Made by a program: the position numbers and the translations under genes. Source: Amoebophrya sp. A120 (Eukaryota; Protista; Dinoflagellata). Taken from it: 64,000 nucleotides of DNA. Below the pieces are notes generated by a model. It was given only the letters and a program-made list of their open reading frames with translations. It made no database searches and was not told the DNA's origin. Within the stretch, counting starts at the first letter, position 1. Each line of letters begins with the position of its first letter. Below are positions 1-11,700 of this stretch, piece after piece. The stretch covers positions 13,842,664 through 13,906,663 of the forward strand of contig CAJINV010000001.1 of NCBI GenBank assembly GCA_905178155.1, read 5' to 3'.

Positions 1-552
1 GGGGGGACGACGGTGCTGGCCACAAGGGGGGCGCGGCAGCGGGCTTCGGCAGAGACGGCTACCGCCCCGCGCTGGGCCCGGCGACGCGGGCTTCCAGGCC
101 GCCGGCGGAGGCCCTATCGGCGCCCGCCGGGGCTAGCCAAGCGGGCTCCGCTGGGCCTGCAAGAGTATTAAGTGCCCGCCCGCACCCCTATACCTCAGCG
201 GGCCCCAGCGCTGGGCCGCGCGCCCCGGCACCCTTGAAGCCGGCCGACCCAGCAGCAGTGCAGCGCGCCGTACTTCTGTGTCTGAGGTATAAAAATAAAG
301 GCGCTACCTGCAGTTAAGCAGTAATTATGACGTTGAGGCCTTTGCTCGCTTTTCGCTGTGTCATTGCTTTGATAGATCTGCCCCGGGCCAGTTTCTTTGG
401 TTTTTTTTGCTGATGAATGGAGCCGCCCTGGTCTTATTTCTTTGCTGGATTTTGTGCCGGGGCGCTCTTGACTGCTTCACTTTGATGGGAAAGTTGAAAA
501 CTATTCGAACTATCACAGGAAAAAGTGGGCGGAGGTGGAGCAGCCAGAGAAC

Positions 553-3500
553 ATGAGAAAGGCAAAAGAGCGGCTCGCCCCCCTCATGTGGCGCGAAGAA
601 AAAGAGGTCAGCAGGCAGATGGCGCAGCGCTTGGGGAATTTTGGCGCCCATTTTCAAGGTGCCGCTGGCAAATCGTTCCGCACGCAATTCGCCTGTTCCC
701 TGGGGGAACAGGATGGGCCCCCACTGCGCACGCAGAGCGTGGATCATGTCTCGCTTGGGCCGGCGCATGGAGTGACGCCCGCAACGGAAGGAAGGACAAT
801 AGAGTATTGCATCGCTTCACACCCGGGCTTCACCAGCGCGGACAAAAAGGGCCCCGGCGTCAGTGTTCACGGTTGCGGCTACCTCGGGCGCGGACAGTAT
901 GGGACTGTGTACAAAGCCTGGCGCCGGGAGCTGCCGACAGCGATGGGAGACAATTTGCAGAAGCCCCCACCAGGAGGGTGGGGCCTGGTGGCAATGAAGT
1001 TCAGCTTGGGAGCTGGAAGGGAATCCTGCAGACAGGCGAACAGCATAATAATGCAGCACGAAGAGAAAGAGCGCCAGCACCTCGAAGGGATCGCCCGACG
1101 TGCTCATGAGGAGCAAGAAGGCTTGCCAGCTTGGAAAAGCAGTGAGGTGAAGGCAATCCAAAAGCGCATGGAACGCGAGGAGACCGGGTCCACGCCCCAT
1201 CGAAGTCTGGCGCTGGTGCTATCACGGCTACGGAACATGGGACCGGACTCCAACAGACTGGCCATGCCGATGTTGATGGGCCACGGGTTCGAGGCGTTCG
1301 CTTACAGCACACACCATGTGCAGGTGTTTGAACTTGCGCACGGCGATCTGGAACATTTGCAGGCCAGGTATTCGCGGACGGTGCAGCTGCAGGCACTTGA
1401 GAGCAGGGGCGGCCTTGACTCCGGGGTGAAAATCAATCGTAAGCACGAAAAAGAAGACTACTTCTCTTCCCTCGGCCCCTTTGATCGTGATATGAGCCCC
1501 AATATACTGGACATAAACGCAAACGGCGACAGAAAAATCGGCCTCCCCATTCACATCGCCTACCGATTTTGTTTGCAGATGTTACAGGGGATGCGCTGGC
1601 TGAAGCACAATAACTTCATTCACACGGACCTCAAGGAGGCGAACACATTTGTCTATTTCGTTACAGCTTGGACGGCCGTTAGATTTCTGCGCGGTGAATT
1701 TCAAGTGATTTTAGCGGTCTGCAAGAATTTGGCAAGTCAAGTGGTTCTGCGGATATTTCTTCCCGGAAATATCGACATCCACCCGACGGAAAAGCCGGAG
1801 CGACATAAGTTCCAACAGGCTTCCGGTTGTGGCAGAATTTGTCAAGCAAAAAAGAAGCGGGATGGGGCGACGCAATGTCCAGCTGCATTGTCAACGCCCT
1901 AGGCTGATGAGTCATGAAGTAGCTTCGCGTCGTTGCTTTTCGTTTTGTGGGTGCTGCGGATGGTTTGCCGGGCTCGGGCGTCTGGGTCTGCCAGATGCTC
2001 TCTGCTTCGGTAAATCAAAACAATTTAATGTCTTGCGCGACCTTGTGGCGTGCTTGCATTTTGTTGCTTTCGTATTTGTGCGTGCATGCGCCAAAGGCTT
2101 CGCATTTTTTGAAGCAAATGTGGGACGATCGTTTTGGATTTGGTTTTTCGGCTCCGGTGAATTTAGAAACGAAGGCAAAATGGGTACCGGTTTGATGATG
2201 GTCTGGAATCCAGAATCAGCTCGGGGTGAATTTAGGAAATTGCCGAAATTTACTAAATTCACCGGCCTGCCGTTTCTAAATTCACCACTAAATTCACCGA
2301 TCGCAGCATGCCATCGGTAAACGGGGTACTTTTAAGCCGCTTTTTGGCGCCAAACAGCACGGCACTCCGCATCGATGATTTTTAGGAAAAAAACCATCCT
2401 CATCATACCATGGGGAATGATGTTTAAATGGAAGCTTTTCCCGATGGCAGTGCCTTTTCTTTGCGATTTTCGTTGCCCAAAATTTGAACACGGAAGTTGA
2501 AGGGTTAACAAGGAATGGAGAAGATCACGAAGAAGCCAAAAGGTCTACTTCGCGAAAAAAGACGCGGAGCAGTGTGCTAGGTTGGGCAAGGTTGCGAGGG
2601 GGATTGCCTTCAATGTGGGGGAGCCTTGGCGACGAGCACAATGCCGCCGCTACCTCTATTTGTGCTAGCCCTTGCCTCGCGAACCATAACCCCCCGAAAC
2701 GCCAGCCCCACGATTCTACTCCCCTTCTAAAATCACTAGAAATTCACCGCCCCTATATCTAATGGGCGTCCAAGCTGTAACTATTTCGACCCAAACGATT
2801 TTCCGCGGCCGCTGGTGTTTGTGAAGGGGCAGAAGATCAGATTGGACCACCACGAAAACTGGCACAAGTACCCGTCATCCGACCACCCAGAGTTGCATGC
2901 TGGCACAGGGCGGCAAGAGAGTGCGAACGATGCAGAGTTGCGCGAAGAAGAAGCAAACGCGCGGAAGAGAGACCCATTCTTCTATGGCTTCGACACCGTG
3001 GACCACTACGATCTCGAGCCGTATTTGCTAGCGTGCTCGGTGAAGATCGGTGATTTTGGCGAACTGGAGACAGCGCCGCTTGACAACTGTCCCAAGGGTG
3101 ATCAGTATCAGCCCACCTCATATCGGGCGCCGGAGGTTTTCCTGGGTGATTGGCCACTGACGCCCGCCATCGACATGTGGTCTTTTGGGGTCACGATGCA
3201 CGGGCTGTGTGTTGGCGAAAGCATTTTCGAACCGCCCAAAAGAACACTCGCTATCCCCAACACGGATCAATACAAGGACCACAAAAGGCGACTGGATCTG
3301 GAGACCCGACTTGCGGTCACCGGGCCGTGCCCGCGCAGACTGGTGGATAGGGGGCAGATGAAGCGGTTTGCTGAGAAGTATTTCCAGTTGTTGGATGCGC
3401 CGCCAGAGAAAGGGCAGCAAGATCTCCACGCGTTCAATAAGGTTGTCGAAAAGCGTGACCTTTCCCTGGGTACGCAGCCTGTCAAACAAGTGGATATTTT

Positions 3501-4566
3501 CCCCAAGCCACAGAAAAACTTCTTCCACCTCAAAAGGGCCCGAGAGCAGCTGCCGGCGCTGCGCCGGCAGCTTGCCGTTACATCTTCGATCGTGCGCCCA
3601 TTGTTGGACTCGGAAACACGCCGGCGGGTTTTTGAGCGCACATTCGTGACGGATGAACACAAGGAGCTTTGTAGGTTCTTCAGTTTTTCCCCTGCTTCGG
3701 TCGGGGTCTATGTTTACCCGACCCTTGCCCCGTTGGATAATTACTTGGACTCCCTACCTGCGAGGTTCTACGATGCATGGAGCCGAGCGCGCTCCGAATG
3801 CAAGCAAACAGGCACGACTCGTTCTCGTATTAGTGAGAAGATTTGTGATGTCTCCGGGAGCGTCTCGGTCCTTGGGGCCGACGTACTAGCCAGCAATACC
3901 GTGGCGCGGTCCGTCGACACGTTTTCGACAACAGTAGCAGGCCCCACCCCCACCCCGGCTGAGCGAGAGCCCAGAAGCTTTGCACCTGCTTCCAGCGACG
4001 CCGCTGTGTCAGCAACACCCGCGGTGCTCAGCGGAAGCGGAACTGGCGGGCCTTTCGCAGCGCCCGTAGCGGACGACCTTATTTTGCTGCAGCAGCAAGT
4101 AGAAGAAAGTCAAAGTTTCGAGAAAGCATCAGAGCAGAAGAAAACTCAAACTCTGCGGGAACAGCTTCGGGCGAAGCTTCAAGTAGAGTATTGCGACATG
4201 CTGCTAAAGATCTTCGATCTGGACAAAGAGACGCGAATTACGCCCGACGCCTTGCTTTGCCATGAGTTTTTTAAGACGTTGAGGAACCTGCTCTACTCGG
4301 AGGAAGTTTCTGGTCCGGCAGCTACTGGCGGGGCTAAGTCGCAAACAAAAAACGAGAAACAATGCCCGGCAGGCGAACAACTGCTGATGGCTGGTGAGAC
4401 AGTTCCTCCATCCGGCCAGGAAGATAACGACAAAAGTACAGCTGGAAAAACGTCCCGGCAGTGTGGCATCGGCAAGAGAAAGCGGAGCATGAGCAGCAGC
4501 AGTAGTGGGGCAGAGGGTGCAGGCGCGCCAATGGACGTAGATGCAGAGGGCGATCAAGTGCGGTAA
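553..4566 (+). CDS. Ser/Thr protein kinase, CMGC group (SRPK/DYRK-like), two exons 553-1660 and 2789-4566 (~960 aa; true start may lie further upstream)
   Basis: ORF 535-1902 has GRGQYGTV, VAMK and HTDLKEAN. ORF 2815-4566 has KIGDFG, TSYRAPEV, IDMWSFG and RITP..LLCHEFF. Removing the 1661-2780 element plus one CTATTTCG copy joins them in frame (HTDLKEANTFVYF|DPNDFPRPLVFVKG). Confidence 0.85.
1661..2780. mobile_element. 1,120-bp TIR element acting as a non-canonical intron (introner), 8-bp TSD
   Basis: Imperfect ~54-bp TIRs TTACAGCTTGGACG...GCGGTGAATTTC.AGTGATTTTAG at both ends. Perfect direct repeat CTATTTCG at 1653-1660 and 2781-2788. No transposase ORF. Confidence 0.9.
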
Positions 4567-5755
4567 CCCCTTCCACGCCAGCCCTCTGGGTGTAATTGCT
4601 TACGGTGTACTGCCTAAGGAAAATGCGACCGTCGCAGCCGCGCCGTGTCTACAACGCCACGAGACACATGCCGTGCCTTTTTTGAGTACTGAGCTACGAA
4701 ATGCGGCTGCCGCTGACGCATGTGCCTATAGTTCTTCTTTGAATTGCAATTGTTTTTTCCTTGTAAGTATGTTTCATCGTTTATGTTTTTTGCGAAAGCT
4801 CGACTTCGCCTTCCCCAAGGCCCCTAGCGCGCATGAAGTATCATGTGTCAAACCGTGCATAGTAGGACGAAAACGCGTGCCAACAAAAACATACTGAGTG
4901 TTTTGAAAATGTTGTTGATTAAAACGCTTTCGTCTCATCTGAAGCTGAAGAAACTGATTGTGATTATCCTGTACGCGGGTCGTGATTGTTTGAAAAAAAA
5001 CTCTTCGAGGCACGTTCGCAGTCGTCTTTCTGGTTGCCAAGCTGCATTATTTTGAAAGCCGACTGGTGGCATCATGTTCCGTTTGTGAATTGCAAGCGTC
5101 CCTTTTTCGTGGGAAAGCGGCTTCCCGTGAACCATGGATCTTCGTCGGGATATTCGTCTATGTCTCTATGAATAGTCGCTCGCGGTCGCGTTTGCAGATG
5201 ATCGAGGCATGCAATGTTGAAGTAAATTTATGATTCGTGTTGCTGTTCGTTGAAACTTTACATGCAAAAAATATAAATCCATAAAGAGAAACAGGAAATG
5301 CACGTTGGAATCGCTTTATGCGTGTCGTTGTCGTTGTATTTCGTGACAAAGCTTGATCAGTCGGTGCAGCTGCACTGAATTTTTAATATCGTGAGGTATG
5401 TCTATCTTCATGATCATGATCGTCTCTCACTCTCCATATCTATGCCGTTTTCGCAGGAGGTCCGTGGTCGTGCTCATGTTCAATCGCCTTATTGATGTTC
5501 TGTCATTGTGGTTTGGTTGTTGGCTATTTGTGATCATGCAATAGAGTTCTTGCGATAGCGATAGCGATTAGAGCTTATTTCCTGACGCATGTGCACTTTG
5601 TTCGCTTCATCTGCAGGGTGTTTTTTCTCTGTTGTGTGCGTGAAAAAGATTGTGCCTTGTCAGACGAAGGTGCTAGCACTGTGCGGCTACTTTACCTCAT
5701 TAATTGACTTCTGCCACACGAGGTCTGATTCAATTCCGTAACACACAGAAACAAA

Positions 5756-8700
5756 ATGGAGACGTTGGAGGAAGATCTCGATGCGGTGTTGACGCAGTCA
5801 AGATCCATCTGGAACCCTCTGAAGAAGCGGACTCTCACCCTCCGCGAGCTGCAGAGAGCAAAAGACGAGTTGCAGCGCGCCAGTGCGCCGCCGACACGAA
5901 CCGACTTCTACCACCCGCCAGCCGATGTTGCTGACGGGCTCCTGCGGACAACGAGAGGCGAGCACGATTTTTTGGATGGCGCAGAAGAAGAGAAAGGCGA
6001 CGGGTTTCTTTCCGGAGGGGACAGCACCACGAAGTCCCGCGATGTAGCTGCTGCTGGCGGCGCTCCGGGTGCGAGTCAGAACAGCCAGACCGGCCCTAAG
6101 CCCCCCGGGTTGAACTTGAACGGCGGTCAGCCGGGTCCTCTCGGGGGCAACGACTACCACTTTTCGAGTACGAGCAACACGCCGTCCGCAACGCCCCCAG
6201 CCTCGGGAAACAAGACGCAGTCGAAAGAGTCGAACGGGCCGACGTCCCAGACCCAGCAGCCCGAGAGCATTGGCGAGATGATGGAGCGGAGGCAAAAGGA
6301 CAAGCAGAAGAAGCGGTCACTTTTGGACTACATGAAGGAGTTTGAGAAGTTTCTCACCCTCGAGTCCGCGAAGAACCAAAATAAGGGCCACTTCCTGAAC
6401 GACAAGCGGCTGCTGAAAAAGCTGATGGACTTTTTGGACAAGGGGAACTTTGACATCATGGCGGATTTGGGGCAAACGAACGAACCCTACGCGGAGCCCT
6501 GGAAGCTGCTCACGGTGTACCAGCTGGCGACCCGGCACTTGCAGAAAATCAAGCACGGGCGCTGGTTCGAGGACAAGAACCTGGCGGAGTATTTGAACTT
6601 TTCCGTCGAGGAACGAACCCTTCTGCGCAGGCTCTACTTGCAGCTTTGCCAGGCACACAAGGTAAGTTAGTACTCACTGTTACTACGTGAACTTTTTCTC
6701 GTTTGCCTTTCTGATTCGAACCTCTCGGCCGCACGTTCGCTTCGATCTAGAACTGGTAGAACGCTTGCATGTCGCGGTGTTTTGTTCCAACGTCGCACAA
6801 GCTGACCGTCAATGCAATGAATTACTTGCACTACCAGGATGCCCGCATCGTGGCGCAGCTACTGCAAGGGAGGCGGAAGACCGGGAAGTTGCTGAAATCC
6901 CCAGGCAGCGACTCCGACTCGAGTTCCGCTAGCCCGAGCCCCCGGCCGTCCTCACCGGAAGAGGGCGACGTGGACAGTCTGGCGTCGGACGAACTGTTGA
7001 CCATGGACCCGGAAGACTTCGCGCCGCCGGACGTCCCGCGCGTGGCGCGTGGCTCGCCACTGCAACTGAACAAGGAAACGGGAAGATTGGAGATGCCCGA
7101 GGGCATGAAAAGTCCCAGCGGCCACACTGACCAGGTGCACTTCGATCCCAACAACCCGGAGGTCTTCAACTTTCTTCCCGGCCAGTCCTCCGCCGCTAAT
7201 TTTGGGGTGCAGTTCAGCGTCACCGAGCCGGTGGAGAAGACGAGGAGAAAGCTGTACCAGGTGCTGACCCCGCGCACCCGCAGAAACGTCCGCGCGGAGG
7301 AGAAGAAGGGCCGCATCGACGCCACCGCGCTGTCGCTGTACGCAAAGTGCGCAGTGCAGTGCTTCCGGCTGAGTCAGCAGGCGGGGAAGTGTGTGTCCAC
7401 CTTACAAAACACGCACTTTCTGGACATGAACGACGTGGCATACACCGCCGCAGACCCGGCGGCACTGCTGGTAGCCCTGGAAAACGAGCAGCTGACCGAA
7501 GAGGAGGCGGAGCGCCTGCACTACGAAGCGCAGATGTTCGATCTGATCACGCGGTCGTCCGCGAAAAACGCGGTGAGAAGGTTGCCGAGGTGTCAACCCC
7601 GGCCGGATTTCAATGAGCCGCAGCTGCCGATCGAAGTTTTGGTCAACCTGTGCTACAAATTCGGACTGGTAACCGAGCGGTTCGAGGCTCGGCGCTGCGT
7701 TACCGAGTACCTAGAGAACCACAACAAATTTCTCGAGGTTTACCCGCGAGCCAGCGGGCTGGCGAAGGAAGACCGGAGCTACGCGCAGTTCACGGAACGG
7801 GTCTCGACCGTGCTGCAGGCGCGGAAAGCACTGCAGTTTGAGGACTTTTTGAACGTGTTGTCGTGGAAGAGCAAGCACAACCTAGACTTCGGCAACGATC
7901 TGCGAGCGCTGCTGAAGGACCAATACATGAGACGGTACTTCTACATCGACGACCTTGTAGTCTAGTCGTTAAGATGATGTTCCAAGAAACCAAGAGACTT
8001 CTTCCGAAGAAGTCTCTTGGTTATGCGTTTGCGTTTTTATTTTCCATCGATCCTGTTTCATCAACTTCAACATCAATCAACAAGCATAAGCAATGCTGTC
8101 ACTCTTTTTCTTCTTCTCAAGAATAACTAACAATGAGAATAACTCGAGCTCGACCTTTCCCACAACACATCGATCTATGACAGGCACGGCATTATCGAGG
8201 TGGCGGGCGCAAAAGTTGGCGACCGGTACTCCGTTATGAACTGCAGAAGTATCGTACTAGTATAAATCGCATGACAAATTAGCTTAGCGTGACAAATGGA
8301 ATTTGTCATGCTGTTTTACCTTGGGATGAAGATTTGTAATGCATGACTGCGATTACTACGAGTGCGATACTTTTGCACAGGATATTCGTCTACCGGGACG
8401 TGTTCGATTCGCTGCCGAACATGATGAACACGGTGGAAAGCATATCCTGAGTAAAAACGTACCCACACCAGAGTTGTAATGCAAATCTGCATGCTGAAAA
8501 TGTTTCTCATGCGGAGCTCCATGAGAAGCATTCTCTAGTCATGTTTTGCAATTTGTCATGCTCCAATCAGCATGGTAGGCTAGATCTGTGATGCTGCTGA
8601 GCTAGCTCAAACAGCACTACACTACGAATCCAAATTTGTCATGCAAAACAGCCAAAACTTGTGGATTTGAAACAATATCAAGTTTGGCACGCTTGGAAAG

Positions 8701-11700
8701 TGTTCGTGGTCGCGGTGCTGGCGAAGTTATGGGCGCGCGACAAGGGGTATGCGGTTAGTAGGGGATTGCCAGGCACCCTACGTTCAGGTAAGTTCCGTCG
8801 CGACTCTGGCGTAAGACCCCCGCCCCCCCTCCCACCCTTTGCTTCTGTTGCAGAATAAGTCAAGGAGTTGCACTCTGACCGCCACGCACAAACTAAACCT
8901 TTAAGTTGTCGCCAGTCAGCAGTGACAAACAACTGGCCAATGGTTTGACATCTCCGGTCCGCGGCACTTGCCTTTTTCGCCCGTGCCGCAGGTAAGGCAC
9001 AAATGGTCCAGCCTCCCCTGTCCGGGTGGGGTTGCGGCTTAAGGGAGAGTCTCGCCCCTTAGCCCAAAGGGGTGCGTCGTCTCTTCCGTGAGAACAAAAA
9101 CTTATGGCGTAAAATGGGTCGGGTCCTGGGTCGTTCTGTATGCTGGGCTGTCGCGCTCGGCTTGCTGGCCGGGCTGTACTGATCAGGTGTGGTGGGTAGC
9201 TCCCGACTGGTTGGCACTTTTAATGGGGCGACTTGCCGTGGTAGCGCTCGGCTTTTGTATGTTGAGGTTGCCGAAAGTGCTTCCTCGCCCACCCCCCGGG
9301 GAGGGGATCCTTGACCTGTGGCGCTGGGTGCGGGTGTCCACTACATGACGATGATGATTTGTCTAGCCGATTCCCCATCTTGACTCTGGTGTGGGTACGT
9401 TTTTACTCAGGATAAAGCATGAAGACCGAGCTGCTCATTGACACGATTATGCGCGACCTGGAGGTCAAGCAGAAGCGGCGCGTGCAGGCCGCCGGTGCGA
9501 AGGGTGGCGCGCAAGCGGTGGTGACCAAACCTGACGCGATCCCGGGCGTGGTTGCTTTTGGCAAGACGAAGCCGCCCGCGCGAACCGGCACACCGACGAA
9601 CAGTAACAAGCCCGGGATGAAGCAAGGCAGCGCTCCGGGTGGAACAAAGCCCGGATCCGAAAAGAAGGGCATCTTGAAGAAGGACAAAGACGAGAAGAAG
9701 AAAAAGAAACGTGCGCTGGGCGCTCCTGCCGCCAGCCAGGTACCTTAGTTAATACATTTAGGGCATCACATTCTAGGTTACGCAGTCAGCATGCGGGCGC
9801 GCAACCTCGTGAGGACCGGGATGGGGGGACCACCATCTGTGGCCCCATCTTTGTACAAAAGGCTCCGACAACAATCGGAGCCTGTCCGTGACCAAGCCCA
9901 AGCGGTGGTCAGCGAGAGCGAGCGGGGAGGCGGCCACCCTCCCGCGGCCGCCACGCGCGCGCCCGCCAAAGCCACGTACCGTAAGGTGAAACCGTCGGCG
10001 CCGATCGTTACGTACAGGTTAGCCCTGGACGACCGGAGCGCGGGTCAAGCCGACCCAAAACCAAGACGAAAGTCTAACGAGGGACACCTCTGTGCGCCCG
10101 CCGTATACCGCCCCGCACCTCTGTGCGACGGTCCCAGCCCGAAACCCCCGGCTTCGGCGGGGGGCTAGTAGGGACTTAGGATGGAAGGCTGTGAAGTGCG
10201 TCGCGTGCATGAATCTGACAGACACTACTCCACGACACATGCAAGATTGACACACAAAGCGCAAGCATCACATACGAACGACACACACCAGCCGACCGTG
10301 TGGCACCTCTGTGGCACGGCTAGATAGGGACTGCGTAGCCACCTGTTCGCACAATTTGCGCGTAGGGCAATAGAGATCTGAAATCATGCAGCGACGTGCG
10401 TTTGAATGCCCATGGAGTGCTACCTCATTGATTTTGAGTTTGCCCATGCACGTGATCTGTTGATGCCTCTGCTTCTACTTCTACTACGAATGCTGATGGT
10501 TAACGTTTTGGCTTGACTTGGAAATGAAATGGCTCTGCACTACTTTGGTTTTTATCCAAACATTTACCACTTGATGCCTCTTTGGCTGTTTCGCCACTTG
10601 ATGTTTCTGCTTCCGCCAACGATGACGATGCTGCCTTTTCATTTGGAATTTGTTTGTGGCTCTGGAATGATAACAGCGACCATCTGATGTGCTTTTAAGT
10701 TAATAGTGCCCTACAACACACTCATAAAACTCAAAACAAACATCCGACGCTGATAGAGCAGCAAAAACTTCTTCCCTTCCTGTTTGGCAAACGAGCTTGC
10801 TGATCAACACCATACGAAATGGCGCAACCAGCAACGGCAAAGGATTACTTCAAGTTCGACGGACGGCTGTCGCTTCAGCCGCTGGGCTCGGATCTTGCGC
10901 AGAAGTTCCGGAACTTCTACCATGGCTACGACTGTGCCGGCCAGCAGGCAAAAGACGACCTGGGGCAGCTCTGTGAGCGCGTCGTAACTTCGGGGGGTGT
11001 GCAGGAGCTGACCGGACTGGACCCGGGCAACGTGTTCCAGCTGGACACGGCCACAATGACGTTTACACCGGCGCAGGCGGAAGTAGCGGCGAAGATCTGC
11101 ATGCTGCAGTTCTTCAGTGAGCGGCACGCCAACGACGGCGGCCTGTCGAAAGGATACGACATGGTCACGATGCAGAAGATGAAGGACTACGCCCTGGCGG
11201 TGCACAATCATCAAATTGCGGCGATCAACAAGCCGGGGGCTTGGACGGAACTGCTCAACACGGTCGCAGGGCAGGCCAACGCGTGGCTCGGCGTTGACAT
11301 CGACCCGGCAACGACCATCCTCATCCACACCAGCAACCAGCCTCCCACACATCAGGAAGCGATCAATGGCATGCTGGGAATCCCCAACCCGCCGGTGCCG
11401 AACCCGAACCCCAACCCGCCGCTACCGCCGGTGCTGCCGCCGGTGTTGAATCCGAACCCGCCCGTGCCGGGGCCGAACCCGAACCCGCCAGCTCCGGGAC
11501 CGAACCCGCCGGCTCCGGGGCCGAGCCCGCCGGTCCCGAACCACAACAACCCGCCGGCACCGCCGCCGGGCGGGGGACAGCAGAATCTCGCGGGAGGGCC
11601 AAACGCCGGCAACCAGCCGGCGTACATGACCATCACGCAGTCAATGGTGGATGTCCTCCGCAACATGTCGGGGCAGTCGGTGGCCGCCCCGACGAAGAAC

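Noticed and set aside
1-270. GC-rich segment at the window start as a separate element
   Set aside because: It is truncated by the window edge and no partner repeat or ORF is visible, so it cannot be classified.
1904-1945. Hammerhead ribozyme core CTGATGAG
   Set aside because: No stem II followed by GAAA and no compatible stems I/III were found.
8149-8170. Leucine-rich-repeat call from LDLSHN
   Set aside because: It is a single motif and depends on an ambiguous acceptor (a CGACCTT direct repeat at 7950/8151 allows another in-frame junction).
9791-10168. 125-aa ORF in the retroelement leader
   Set aside because: It starts inside repeat A, overlaps the hairpin motifs and has no recognisable domain. 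Probably incidental.
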